From IMG/VR virus record IMGVR_UViG_3300036852_000195, positions 1 to 58,838 of that record: a stretch of 58,838 bases of DNA; one strand, 5' to 3'. Origin of the DNA: a virus. Below the pieces are notes generated by a model, which saw nothing but the letters and a program-made list of their open reading frames with translations, searched no databases and was not told the origin of the DNA. A program made the translations under genes and the position numbers. Below, piece by piece: positions 1-8,194 of this stretch. The stretch's first letter is position 1, and the number at the start of each line of letters is the position of its first letter.

Positions 1-127
1 AAACTGCCCCAATCGCTCAAATCAGGACAGTTCGCAATTATCGGGTTGGCAGGCTGTTCCACCATTCTAAATCCCTGACATCCCCAGCATTCGCGGACAT
101 AACAACCGCCTCCGCAATTCCCGGTTT
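1..127. repeat. Terminal direct repeat copy A, identical to 58712..58838. Marks the junction of a circular or terminally redundant genome.
   Basis: Read directly: bases 1-127 (aaactgccccaatcgctcaaatcagg...caattcccggttt) recur exactly at 58712-58838. Confidence 0.95.
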
Positions 128-715
128 TCCCAGGATCACGCGGCTCATCTGATAATCCAGGTTGCAGCCGAAATTAAGTTCGATCATATCCCCGTGTTTA
201 TCGGTGTGAAACATCTTGAGCGCGTCGGTTATCAGCTTACGCTGAAAGCACATGCGCAGCGGACGCGGGCGATCTTCCCCGATGGACTGCGCGTTGATTG
301 TTGTATAAACGTCCCCGGCGTCACCCAACTGGAAAATATGCAGTTTGCCTCCTGGTTCATACCATAGTTTGACAAAACCATGATCCGATCCGCGCAGCCA
401 TGCCCCTTTGGTGACTTTGAACGCCTGCGCTAGACTCAAGGCGTTGACACAGACGCGCAAACACACCTGTACATCCACAATGCTTTCAAACTGCTGCGGA
501 CAGCGCGTAATCCAACTTGCAGCCGTTTCGATGTATTCAGATTTTTTGAACGTCAGAATATCATCCCATTGCTGCGCATACACCCAATGCGCCGCATAAC
601 CATTGGACGTGATGGTGATGGGTTCGCCCAGCAATTCGATCTGATAACCCCAGGTGAGCGCAGGGCGAATGCTATCTTTTGCAACTGCTAATTCCAGCCA
701 TTTAAGCTGATCCAT
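38..715 (-). CDS. Hypothetical early protein with a weak DnaN/beta-clamp-like pattern, about two-domain size
   Basis: 225-aa ORF whose stop/start overlaps the next gene. N-terminal KDSIRPALTWGY...ITSNGYAAH and C-terminal FQRKLITDALKMF...IELNFG...AVVMSA resemble clamp motifs. Similarity judged by eye only. Confidence 0.45.
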   Translation of the reverse strand: MDQLKWLELAVAKDSIRPALTWGYQIELLGEPITITSNGYAAHWVYAQQWDDILTFKKSEYIETAASWITRCPQQFESIVDVQVCLRVCVNALSLAQAFKVTKGAWLRGSDHGFVKLWYEPGGKLHIFQLGDAGDVYTTINAQSIGEDRPRPLRMCFQRKLITDALKMFHTDKHGDMIELNFGCNLDYQMSRVILGKPGIAEAVVMSANAGDVRDLEWWNSLPTR

Positions 716-1296
716 TATTCCCTCTTTCCAGATTTTGGTTTACGGGTTTTGCCCTTGAGAATATTAGACACGGTAACACGCGAAACATCAAAGCGGCGCG
801 CCAGGGCGGTTTGGTTTTCACCGTTGGCAAAGCGGGCTTCCATCTCCCCGATTTCACCCGCAGTCAGGTGATGCCGCTTACTGCCCGTGCTGTGTATCGT
901 GTCAGGGCGCAGACGCGATTTGCGAATGGTGGCTTCCGCGTTATCCTTCGCCGTTCCCAGGAACAGATGGCGCGGGTTTACGCAGTTGGAATTTTCGCAT
1001 TTATGCAGCACCCATAGTCCCCGCAGAATTGTGCCATGCGTTAATTCCCAGGCGACTTTATGCGCGCCCATCTGACGATAATTAATGCGCACCTGCCCGC
1101 TCCCTTTGCCGTTACCGCCGCCCATCCATTCCCAGCACGGTCCGAGTTCAGGCTGATGCTGCGGGATCGGTCCATTCTTATTGACCTTCGCCCAGAATCG
1201 CGCCATATTCTTGAGCGTATATTCACCCACGTTGATTTTGAGGTTTTCCGGCTGGCGCGGGCGTCCAACCTTGCGCTTGGGTTTTTGTATGGTCAT
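715..1296 (-). CDS. HNH (HNH_3-type) homing endonuclease with C-terminal HTH
   Basis: CWEW...GSGQVRINYRQMGAHKVAWELTHG...VLHKCENSNCVNPRHLFLGTAKDN, followed by an HTH (NQTALARRFDVSRVTVSNIL). Confidence 0.8.
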   Translation of the reverse strand: MTIQKPKRKVGRPRQPENLKINVGEYTLKNMARFWAKVNKNGPIPQHQPELGPCWEWMGGGNGKGSGQVRINYRQMGAHKVAWELTHGTILRGLWVLHKCENSNCVNPRHLFLGTAKDNAEATIRKSRLRPDTIHSTGSKRHHLTAGEIGEMEARFANGENQTALARRFDVSRVTVSNILKGKTRKPKSGKRE

Positions 1297-1312
1297 AGAC
1301 TGTTTCCTTTGG

Positions 1313-1528
1313 CTATTCTAGCCATTTATCGGTAGTTTCAGTGTAAGCGGTATCGGTTGCGGTTACTTCAAACAGTAGACAGCCGGGGGTTTTGCATTCG
1401 ACTTGCCACTTGGCGGTAATTTTGGGATGGCGTGGATCGTACCACTTCAATTCGAGCGATTTCCCGCAGCAGCGGCAAATGCGTACAAGCGGTTCACGGA
1501 CGGGCTGCGGTTCGGTTTCTTGAAACAT
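1313..1528 (-). CDS. Small zinc-ribbon protein
   Basis: 71 aa with CRCC...CKTPGC cysteine pairs. A minus-strand promoter lies just upstream. Confidence 0.5.
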   Translation of the reverse strand: MFQETEPQPVREPLVRICRCCGKSLELKWYDPRHPKITAKWQVECKTPGCLLFEVTATDTAYTETTDKWLE

Positions 1529-1560
1529 GTTGTTGAGCTTCTGTTTATTAATCTATATTC

Positions 1561-1589
1561 AGCATAACAGAAATAGAATTAATTGTCAA
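1561..1589 (-). promoter_or_regulatory. Sigma70-like early promoter (TTGACA-17-TATGCT) driving 1528->38
   Basis: Minus strand reads ctaTTGACAattaattctatttctgtTATGCT. The plus strand shows agcata at 1561-1566 and tgtcaa at 1584-1589. Confidence 0.6.
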
Positions 1590-1630
1590 TAGATAAATCT
1601 TAAGGGTTATAAGAAGGGCGTTAGAACGTG

Positions 1631-1660
1631 TTGACAGTCGGGGCAAAACGGGCGTATGAT
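1631..1660 (+). promoter_or_regulatory. Sigma70-like promoter (TTGACA-18-TATGAT) divergent from the 1561-1589 promoter
   Basis: TTGACA at 1631-1636 and TATGAT at 1655-1660, firing into a region with no plus-strand ORF. Confidence 0.55.
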
Positions 1661-1666
1661 TGAATT

Positions 1667-1750
1667 GACTCCAACACTAGAACTTGAGCCTCTGGTGTGA
1701 CATAGTACACGAAAACACCCACTCCTCCCTGGCAGTGGGTGTTTTCATTT
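1667..1750 (+). ncRNA. Candidate short non-coding transcript (about 85 nt) bounded by a promoter and a terminator
   Basis: Lies between the 1631-1660 promoter and the 1712-1750 hairpin. No ORF is present. Its 3' end is antisense to the terminator and stop region of the minus-strand 1749..1910 gene. Confidence 0.4.
1712..1750. terminator. Bidirectional intrinsic terminator
   Basis: aaaACACCCACTcctccctggcAGTGGGTGTtttcattt. The 9-bp stem (1715-1723 / 1734-1742) is flanked by an A-tract and a T-tract. Confidence 0.75.
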
Positions 1751-1910
1751 AGCGCATTGCCAGCACCGCTACGCAGGCCAGAAAAACCAGCACAAAGCCA
1801 ATCTTCATGCGATGCTGGACGTGGAAGTGGTCAGCCATCAAATTGAGAATGAAGCCGATTGCCGCCAGGATCAGCAGGATATATGGAGTCGCGGATAGAA
1901 ACACGTTCAT
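1749..1910 (-). CDS. Small membrane protein (53 aa, below the ORF-track cutoff)
   Basis: Hand translation gives MNVFLSATPYILLILAAIGFILNLMADHFHVQHRMKIGFVLVFLACVAVLAMR, with two hydrophobic helices. ATG at 1910, preceded by agggg. Confidence 0.45.
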   Translation of the reverse strand: MNVFLSATPYILLILAAIGFILNLMADHFHVQHRMKIGFVLVFLACVAVLAMR

Positions 1911-1919
1911 GATGTACCC

Positions 1920-2318
1920 CTATTGGATCAACTCATCGCCAGGACGATTTTTCAACATGGCGCGAATTTTCGCGGTGCTTCCCAATGAAATACTGTACTT
2001 CGCCATCATTTCATTAGCCGACAAATTAGCGTCGCCATTTTCGTGAACCTGTTGGGCGATTTCGCTGATCTTTTTGCGTTTGCCGAATGGATGCCGATTG
2101 GCATTGTATTCAGGTGTTTCATGAATGGACGTGTGGCAGGAACGGCAAAGCCAAACGACTTCTAACGGCTTACTATAATCAGAATGATGGGCTTCCAGCT
2201 TGTAATTCACAGCAGGACTGCCGCAGTGTTCGCAACGATCTGATGATATTAAATCACCATGCGAAATTGCTAAATTGACCATCAAGTGTGCGTGGTGTTT
2301 CAGGTACTCAAATTTCAC
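1920..2318 (-). CDS. HNH endonuclease-domain protein
   Basis: CEHCGSPAVNYKLEAHHSDYSKPLEVVWLCRSCHTSIH matches the C..C...HH...N...C..CH..H pattern. Confidence 0.7.
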   Translation of the reverse strand: MKFEYLKHHAHLMVNLAISHGDLISSDRCEHCGSPAVNYKLEAHHSDYSKPLEVVWLCRSCHTSIHETPEYNANRHPFGKRKKISEIAQQVHENGDANLSANEMMAKYSISLGSTAKIRAMLKNRPGDELIQ

Positions 2319-2330
2319 GTTTTAGCCCTT

Positions 2331-3176
2331 TCACTGAATTCGATTTTGTCCATTTGCGTTAGACCGGAACTGACGTTGGACATTGTTTACAGTGGATTTT
2401 CCAACGCCTAAGAACGCTGCCAATTCGCGCGCCTCTCGGTCAATGTCCTGGGGATTGTCGGCTAAATATTGTTGGACAACAGCGCTGGCATCTGGACGTT
2501 TTGTGTGTCCAAGTAACGATTTGGACGCGGGTTCATTTCCGTTGTTTTGTCCATTGGACTGTCCATTGGACAGCGATTGGACGACGGTTTGCTGGACAAA
2601 TTGCTTTTCATACTTCGTGAAATCGCGGTTGATTACTTTGTCGAGGTCAATCCGTTTGCTGTCGTACTCCGCGAAAGCCTCTGCCAGCTTTCTCTGATGT
2701 TTCTCCAACAGCCGATGCACCATTTCACCTGCCAGGAAAGCTGCCATAGGTGCAATGATCGCTAGAACAAATGCAACCACATAATTTAACCCGTCCCCGT
2801 GATTCTGGGTGACAGCCACAACCGATGAACCCACATTCGCGAACAGTGCGCCGACCATCGCCAGCAGCAGCGCAAACGTGGCATAGCGATTGTCCCGGCG
2901 ATAAACTGCGCCCGCGAAAATCAACAGTTCAAAAATCGTGAAACCAAATAGCGACAAGCCTTCGCGGAACGGGCTGGGAACGATTGCCGGAATCGTCTGC
3001 AAGATAGCCGGGACACTGTGCGCACCGCTGACCAGGGCTGCGCCGATAGCGATCAACGCCCATAATAAAATGCCGCCGATCAATCCCCAGGACGATACGC
3101 GCGGCGGGCGAATGCGTGATCCCTTATGCCGCTTGAACCAATCTTTCTCATACTGCTCATAATCCATGCGTTCCAT
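2331..3176 (-). CDS. Multi-pass membrane protein with C-terminal HTH
   Basis: About four hydrophobic segments in the N-terminal half, with a C-terminal ELAAFLGVGKSTVNNVQRQF helix-turn-helix. Confidence 0.55.
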   Translation of the reverse strand: MERMDYEQYEKDWFKRHKGSRIRPPRVSSWGLIGGILLWALIAIGAALVSGAHSVPAILQTIPAIVPSPFREGLSLFGFTIFELLIFAGAVYRRDNRYATFALLLAMVGALFANVGSSVVAVTQNHGDGLNYVVAFVLAIIAPMAAFLAGEMVHRLLEKHQRKLAEAFAEYDSKRIDLDKVINRDFTKYEKQFVQQTVVQSLSNGQSNGQNNGNEPASKSLLGHTKRPDASAVVQQYLADNPQDIDREARELAAFLGVGKSTVNNVQRQFRSNANGQNRIQ

Positions 3177-3239
3177 TTTCTCTAGTCTCCTTTTGACTTT
3201 TGAAGCCGTCCCGGTATTAGAACGGCTTATACCCGAACG

Positions 3240-3479
3240 TTATTTCTTGCCGGATGATCCTGTGCGTGTTAGTGCCAGAAACCATAAAAGCAATTCCAGC
3301 TTAAGCGCTTGAAACCATGTGAGGCTCCCTGGCAAAATGTTCTGTGCGACTGCGCCCGCAAAAACATCGTTCACGACCCACGCCCATACAATCCCAACGA
3401 TGTACGGACCCAATATCAGCGCCAGCGCGATCACCACCACAATAGCCAAAATCTTAATCGTTGTCCCGCTCATATGCAT
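3240..3479 (-). CDS. Small membrane protein
   Basis: 79 aa with two to three hydrophobic helices (ILAIVVVIALALILGPYIVGIVWAWVV...). Confidence 0.5.
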   Translation of the reverse strand: MHMSGTTIKILAIVVVIALALILGPYIVGIVWAWVVNDVFAGAVAQNILPGSLTWFQALKLELLLWFLALTRTGSSGKK

Positions 3480-3546
3480 TTACCTCATGTGTCTAAAAAG
3501 CCGCCGCGTTATTGCGACGGCTTGCATAACCGGACTCGTGTCTCAC

Positions 3547-4902
3547 TTAGAACGGAATATCTGCCAATCGCTGCTGACGGATTTCGCAGATGCGGGCGGC
3601 AATTTTGAACACGTTGCTTCCCGTGTCAAAATTTTCAGTCATTTCAGCGATGCTATATCCGCATTTCCAGGCTACGCACGCAGCCCAGGCGGTCACATCC
3701 GATCCAGCGAAATCTTGAATGTTTTCCAGCTTTTCATGTTCGCTGGCATTGCGCAATGCTTCCGCAACGTCCCCGGTATTCATGCCAAGATCGTTATAGG
3801 CGCTGGCGATGAATTTATTCAAGCGCGCCGTGTCTTTAATCCAGTCTGCGCCAGATTGTACCTGTTCGCCCGCTGCGCTTGAATTTGCCCCCTTCTGACG
3901 CGATTTTGAGCCATTCTTAGCAGCCTTCTCAGCGTTGCGCCGTTCGCGGTTTTCAAGAATAGCCTGAACCGCTTCCGCGTCGATCATATCGTCTTTCAGT
4001 TCACCGTCCACTTCCATTTTGTTGGTTGTGTTAATCCAGTGATCCTCATGATCGAAAAGATGAATCGTTTGTTGCATTACCCAATCCCGATCCCATTCCC
4101 GCGCCTGAATAAATTCCGCTTCGAGATCGGGCAGTCCGCCTGCTGGCGATTCGCCCGTTTCAGGATTGACGCCTGCCAGCAGCAGCCGCGCGGGTTGCAT
4201 CAGCATGGGGGTGAATACCTGCTGGTTGAAATCCGGTTCAATCTTGGCGTACAGCAGTGACATGGGCTTGATGCTGCGCTTGCCGTTGATCGTGACCGGA
4301 ACATTGCGCATCGAACGCCCGATGGTGAACGGCACGGACCAGAATGCCGTGTTGGATAAACGCTGCATGAAGACTTCCGCCATTTTCATGTAGGAGCGCA
4401 GGGCTGCCACGTCATAGATGGAAGTGGTTTCAACGGTAAACTTGCCCCATTCGCCCGTCAGTTCAAACAGCGCGGGAATGACAATATCCAGCCGTCCGTG
4501 ATTCTTGCAGGTGCGATCCAGCGGGTTGCAGGTGCAGGCCATCGGTTCAGTATCATATCCCGGCTTGTTGGCGTCCCAATGGACGCTGATCGTTTCCTCA
4601 TCGCAGCGCTTGAGCAGACGGGCGTGCGCCCAATCTTCGCGCCAATACTGGAACGCCTGATCCGGTGAGTCAGCAGCCAGTAGCACGTTATGGAATTCGC
4701 GCGGTTCTGTGCCGAATAGCTGTTCGCAGGCTGGGCGCAGGTGTTCGTAGTTTTCTTCTAGCGTCAGTCGAAAGAAATCCTGGTCGCGTCCGGCAACGCC
4801 CTTGTCAGACTTGGGCGCGCCTTTGCGCAGCTTGCCAAAGCGCGGGAAGTTTCCCAGCACCCCGCGCGCGTCCAATTGGGCTTCCATTGATTTTGTGGGC
4901 AT
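3547..4902 (-). CDS. Hypothetical early protein in a DNA-metabolism neighbourhood, function unrecognised
   Basis: The long ORF runs to 4956. The internal ATG at 4902 (MPTKSMEAQ...) sits 4 nt after the upstream stop and follows gaagga, so it is preferred. Confidence 0.55.
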   Translation of the reverse strand: MPTKSMEAQLDARGVLGNFPRFGKLRKGAPKSDKGVAGRDQDFFRLTLEENYEHLRPACEQLFGTEPREFHNVLLAADSPDQAFQYWREDWAHARLLKRCDEETISVHWDANKPGYDTEPMACTCNPLDRTCKNHGRLDIVIPALFELTGEWGKFTVETTSIYDVAALRSYMKMAEVFMQRLSNTAFWSVPFTIGRSMRNVPVTINGKRSIKPMSLLYAKIEPDFNQQVFTPMLMQPARLLLAGVNPETGESPAGGLPDLEAEFIQAREWDRDWVMQQTIHLFDHEDHWINTTNKMEVDGELKDDMIDAEAVQAILENRERRNAEKAAKNGSKSRQKGANSSAAGEQVQSGADWIKDTARLNKFIASAYNDLGMNTGDVAEALRNASEHEKLENIQDFAGSDVTAWAACVAWKCGYSIAEMTENFDTGSNVFKIAARICEIRQQRLADIPF

Positions 4903-4906
4903 GGTG

Positions 4907-5389
4907 TTATCCTTCTTTCCAAAGTTTTCGATTGACGATACGCGATACAGTAGCAACAGAAATATTCATTTTGTCCGCGATTTCCCGCTGACCGATATTC
5001 CCGTTTGAATAAAGCTGGCGAATTTCAACAACCTGAGAGTTGGTTAATTTATGCCGTCCGTGTTTTTCGCCACGATCTTGACGCCCTTTATTAACCTTGT
5101 CTCGATTGTTGTCCAATATCGTCCCTAAAAAGAGATGCGACGGGTTGCAACATGACGGATTATCGCAAGTGTGTAAAACGTTAAGATCGTTAGGAATTTG
5201 CCCGTATGTTAATTCCCAAGCAATTCGACTTGCGATACGGTTCTTTCCGTCTATGAATATTCCGCCGTAACTATTTTTATTCAGCCAGCCGTTCCACTGC
5301 CAACATCTTTTTTCGTTGGCAGTAAAAGCGACTTTTGACCAAAACCGCTGAATATCATCACTCTTGAAGTTGATTGTCGATTTTGCCAT
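4907..5389 (-). CDS. HNH (HNH_3-type) homing endonuclease with C-terminal HTH
   Basis: CWQWNGWLNKNSYGGIFIDGKNRIASRIAWELTYG...VLHTCDNPSCCNPSHLFLGTILDN plus an HTH (QREIADKMNISVATVSRIV). Paralog of 715..1296. Confidence 0.8.
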   Translation of the reverse strand: MAKSTINFKSDDIQRFWSKVAFTANEKRCWQWNGWLNKNSYGGIFIDGKNRIASRIAWELTYGQIPNDLNVLHTCDNPSCCNPSHLFLGTILDNNRDKVNKGRQDRGEKHGRHKLTNSQVVEIRQLYSNGNIGQREIADKMNISVATVSRIVNRKLWKEG

Positions 5390-5753
5390 TAATGATTTCC
5401 CTCATAGCTGGAATTTCTAATTCCGGCTCTGCGACCCGTAACCATCTATACAAAGGGCTGTTTCTTTGAAGCCAAGAATCAGGATGATCGTCCGTGACTA
5501 GCGCGCTTTTGCAGCGGGCAACTTCAGCTTCAGCCAGCGGCAGGACGACCAGCGCCAAATCGCTTTTGAGCAGTTCGAGTCCGGTAACGGTTGCGGTGCT
5601 GCGGTCATGGGCGTTGACATTCTCCGGTAGGGAAATTTCTTGCGTGGCTTCCAACGTCAAGTTGCCGAATTGCTGTGTTGGCACGGTGGCGCGGACAGTG
5701 ATCGTGATTTTCGATTGCTGAACCGGGACGGGTGTTTCTTCTGACTTAGCCAT
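5358..5753 (-). CDS. Hypothetical protein, first gene of a leftward early unit
   Basis: 131-aa ORF just downstream of the minus-strand promoter at 5797-5825. RBS is agaggc. Confidence 0.5.
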   Translation of the reverse strand: MAKSEETPVPVQQSKITITVRATVPTQQFGNLTLEATQEISLPENVNAHDRSTATVTGLELLKSDLALVVLPLAEAEVARCKSALVTDDHPDSWLQRNSPLYRWLRVAEPELEIPAMREIINGKIDNQLQE

Positions 5754-5785
5754 GATATTGAGCCTCTTTTCTAATATTCAAATTG

Positions 5786-5794
5786 TGGTATAAT
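5786..5794 (+). promoter_or_regulatory. Extended -10 promoter (TGgTATAAT) for the rightward arm
   Basis: aattgTGgTATAATcaatc. It sits back to back with the minus-strand promoter. Confidence 0.55.
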
Positions 5795-5796
5795 CA

Positions 5797-5825
5797 ATCA
5801 TATCTTAAAACATTCATTTTGTAAA
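5797..5825 (-). promoter_or_regulatory. Sigma70-like early promoter (TTTACA-17-TATGAT), leftward
   Basis: Minus strand reads TTTACAaaatgaatgttttaagaTATGATtga. Confidence 0.55.
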
Positions 5826-5838
5826 TAGTGAGGCGAAA

Positions 5839-6186
5839 ATGCCCGAACAATCATCCCTTGAGCGCACGTTTCAAACTTATTGGATAACGCTATGCCAGGG
5901 CTTCCCCGATCCGGTGCGTGAATATCGTTTTACCCCACCGCGTCGTTTTAAGTTTGATTTGGCTTGGCCTGATCTGAAAATTGCGGTTGAACTGGAGGGC
6001 GGTGTTTATTCGGGCGGTAGACATACGCGCGGGAAGGGGTTTGAGGGTGATTGCGAAAAATACAATCTTGCAGCCGAGCAAGGCTGGCTGGTACTGCGCT
6101 ACACAACCAACATGCTTAAGAAAAATCCTCATGATGTCATGGGGCAAATCCAGAAAAATATTAATCGCAGAGGAGTTAAAATCTGA
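5839..6186 (+). CDS. Vsr/DUF559-like (restriction-endonuclease fold) endonuclease
   Basis: FKFDLAWPDLKIAVELEGGVYSGGRHTRGKGFEGDCEKYNLAAEQGWLVLRYT matches the DUF559/Vsr-type core. Confidence 0.65.
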   Translation: MPEQSSLERTFQTYWITLCQGFPDPVREYRFTPPRRFKFDLAWPDLKIAVELEGGVYSGGRHTRGKGFEGDCEKYNLAAEQGWLVLRYTTNMLKKNPHDVMGQIQKNINRRGVKI

Positions 6187-6407
6187 TGAAAATTTATTGC
6201 GGCGAATGGGTTGATATGAGAGAAGGCAGAAAATTTGCGCATCGCTTAACTGACAAAAAAGCCAAAACTGATTGCGAACGAGCAGAACAGAAATGGACTG
6301 ACGAACCAATCCAGTGGGAAAAAGGAAAGAAGGGCGACACCATCAAATGGATAGGTAAAACTAAATACCATACTTTTTATGTCAATCAATACGAGGTGAA
6401 ATCGTGA
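6186..6407 (+). CDS. Hypothetical protein
   Basis: 73-aa ORF with TGATG stop/start coupling to the upstream gene. Confidence 0.45.
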   Translation: MKIYCGEWVDMREGRKFAHRLTDKKAKTDCERAEQKWTDEPIQWEKGKKGDTIKWIGKTKYHTFYVNQYEVKS

Positions 6408-7147
6408 CGACTTTGCAAGGCGCAATCGTTGGTTTAGAAATGGACGCGGATACTGCGCGACATCACATCGAACGCATACAGGAGCATTTGACGCGCGCCG
6501 ATTATCACGTCAATCAGGCGCGCAAGCTGATCCTAGACCTGAAGGAACGCGCGGGCTGGAAGGTGCTGGGATACAAATCATGGCGTGAGTGCGTGACCGA
6601 AGAATTTCAAAAATCATCCAGCACAGTTTACCGTCAACTGGACGCGGCGCTGGTAGAGCTTGAACTTTCGCCCAATGGGGGAATTGGCGAAATCAACGAA
6701 CGGGTTTTACGCCCGCTGACCAAACGCCAATACAGCGCAGAATCGCGGCAGTTGATCTGGGATATTAGCCGAGACATTGTAGGACCAGACGGCAAAATCA
6801 CGAGCGGAGTGATCGAGTCAGTGGTGGAAGGCATTGGCGACTGGCTCAAATCCGGCACGGCGCAGGACGGCAACGGAACGCAGCACCCAATCACCGAACT
6901 ACTGCGGGCTGATCTGACCGCCAGGGTGCGCGAGGTGCGGCTGGCGCATAAGGATCATATTCAGCGCATGGGCAAACAGCGCGATTACATCCTGGGCGGG
7001 GTACAGGTTGAGAAAATCACGCGCGGGCAATTGGATGCGGGCATGGTGGCGGCGCTGCTTCCAGTTGAGGGCATTACTAAAGACAAGCTGATTGAAGCGC
7101 TGCGTCTGGGGAAACCGATTTTCGCAGCTTTGTGGACTGAAGATTGA
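6404..7147 (+). CDS. Hypothetical protein, probable DNA-binding
   Basis: 247-aa ORF, translationally coupled to the upstream gene. Has an HTH-like segment (SWRECVTEEFQKSSSTVYRQLDAALVE). Confidence 0.5.
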   Translation: MTTLQGAIVGLEMDADTARHHIERIQEHLTRADYHVNQARKLILDLKERAGWKVLGYKSWRECVTEEFQKSSSTVYRQLDAALVELELSPNGGIGEINERVLRPLTKRQYSAESRQLIWDISRDIVGPDGKITSGVIESVVEGIGDWLKSGTAQDGNGTQHPITELLRADLTARVREVRLAHKDHIQRMGKQRDYILGGVQVEKITRGQLDAGMVAALLPVEGITKDKLIEALRLGKPIFAALWTED

Positions 7148-7152
7148 TGACA

Positions 7153-7238
7153 GAACGCCCGCTGGGCATGAAACCATGCGGGCGTCTGCAACACATGAGC
7201 GGGCAGGGAGCCAACCACGACCCACGCCCCGCTTTTTA
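7153..7238 (+). terminator. Two hairpins at a convergent gene junction, the second followed by a T-tract
   Basis: First hairpin is ACGCCCGC...GCGGGCGT. Second is AGCGGG...CCCGCTtttttatttt at 7198-7238, with a long loop, so it is weak. Confidence 0.35.
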
Positions 7239-7249
7239 TTTTAGCACAT

Positions 7250-7516
7250 TTACTGAGTAGGTTTCACAAGCAATAATCGTTCCTCGATAACGCGGGCTTC
7301 CACCGCACGCTTCAGCAGTTGTTCGCTGGCTTCAACCAAGTGCGAGATTTTTATCAGTTCACGAATGGCAATCGGTAGATCATCCAGCGTGACCTGCCCT
7401 GAATATTCCTGATGGATTTGGAGACAATTCTGCAAAATATTAAGCTGCTGTTCGTATTCCTCAACCGTAAGCACAATCACTTTGATGACTTCAACGGTTT
7501 CGAGTTTGTCAGTCAT
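7250..7516 (-). CDS. Hypothetical protein
   Basis: 88-aa ORF with RBS gaggat and its own TGgTATATT motif upstream. Confidence 0.5.
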   Translation of the reverse strand: MTDKLETVEVIKVIVLTVEEYEQQLNILQNCLQIHQEYSGQVTLDDLPIAIRELIKISHLVEASEQLLKRAVEARVIEERLLLVKPTQ

Positions 7517-7543
7517 GCGAGTATCCTCATCTCAATTGATAAG

Positions 7544-7552
7544 AATATACCA
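7544..7552 (-). promoter_or_regulatory. Extended -10-like promoter (TGgTATATT) for 7250..7516
   Basis: Minus strand reads tcaTGgTATATTcttatc, located between the ncRNA terminator and the ATG at 7516. Confidence 0.4.
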
Positions 7553-7555
7553 TGA

Positions 7556-7587
7556 GAAAAAGAAAAACCCCCAACGTCTTGGGGGTT
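7556..7587 (-). terminator. Strong rho-independent terminator ending the ncRNA unit
   Basis: Minus strand reads AACCCCCAAgacgTTGGGGGTTtttctttttctc. The stem is 9 bp with a 4-nt loop and a long U-tract. Confidence 0.85.
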
Positions 7588-7950
7588 CTCTCGCCTCATT
7601 GCCGAATGCGCCGTCAGCGGTGCATCAATAAGATGTTTGACCCTGTTGCGGTTTACGGTTGAGACTTCTTTGCGGCTGTCAGGCCGCATTGCATTAAAGC
7701 CCGTCGATCCGCTGACACGAACCCTCGATCTTCGTTGCTTTCGAGCGCCAAGCCGATCATAAGTTGGTCGGCATACCCCAGGGCAACAATCACCACTGGT
7801 ATCTAGTCTCAGTACCGCTGAAACTCGTCCGTTCATGGCTTCTGCACGGCAGAACGGCTGCTGGTTCGTGCTTGCTGGCTCATCCCGTTAGTTTGCCCCT
7901 ATCGAGGGCAGTGTCACGGTGCTTTCCATCGCCGCATTGTATTTTGGGCT

Positions 7951-7997
7951 TGGTTGGTAGGGCAGACTCGAACTGCCCACACTGCACCTGCTACCAA
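7951..7997 (-). ncRNA. tRNA-like acceptor/T-arm minihelix ending in CCA
   Basis: Minus strand reads TTGGTAG-13 nt-GGCAG TTCGAGT CTGCC-CTACCAA-CCA. The T-loop is canonical and the acceptor helix is 7 bp, but there is no D or anticodon arm. Confidence 0.5.
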
Positions 7998-8106
7998 CTT
8001 TCAGGCTGTTTTTGACGCCATTCAGCATATCGTTGTATGCCTTCATCGTCGGGATACGCCCTGCGCCCCGCAACTTATTCAGGCCATCTTTCAGGCCAAA
8101 GTTGTA

Positions 8107-8180
8107 TGGGCGGGCGGCAGGACTTACACCTGCGACCTCTCCGTTTTCACCGTAGCGCTCTGTTGCTGAGCTACGTCCGC
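8107..8180 (-). tRNA. Degenerate tRNA-like cloverleaf (anticodon-position GAA), possibly a pseudo-tRNA or processing module
   Basis: GCGGACG TA GCTC AGCAACA GAGC G CTACG GTGAAAA CGGAG AGGTC GCAGG TGTAAGT CCTGC CGCCCGC CCA. There is an A:C mismatch in the acceptor and an A:G mismatch in the anticodon stem. The D-loop lacks GG and the T-loop lacks TTC. Confidence 0.4.
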
Positions 8181-8194
8181 CTGCTAGCAATATC

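Larger units (their letters stand above)
7566..8188 (-). ncRNA. Large candidate non-coding RNA transcription unit (about 620 nt) containing tRNA-like modules
   Basis: Bounded by a consensus-like promoter (8195-8223) and a terminator (7556-7587). Only poor ORFs without an RBS are present. Internal tRNA-like elements and 8-nt long-range complementarities are described in the findings. Confidence 0.6.

Noticed and set aside
7951-7997. tRNA 3'-end fragment as a phage attP core for integration into a host tRNA gene
   Set aside because: - I could not recognise a tyrosine or serine integrase or an excisionase anywhere in the genome.
- The fragment sits inside a promoter/terminator-bounded unit and forms its own closed minihelix.
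- This is not fully excluded without a host genome comparison.
7951-8180. tmRNA (standard or two-piece) explanation for the tRNA-like modules
   Set aside because: - Neither acceptor helix has a G3:U70 alanine identity pair.
- There is no plausible tag reading frame ending in a hydrophobic ...AA stop.
- In the minihelix, the 5' acceptor strand is only 13 nt from the T-arm, leaving no room for the tmRNA body.
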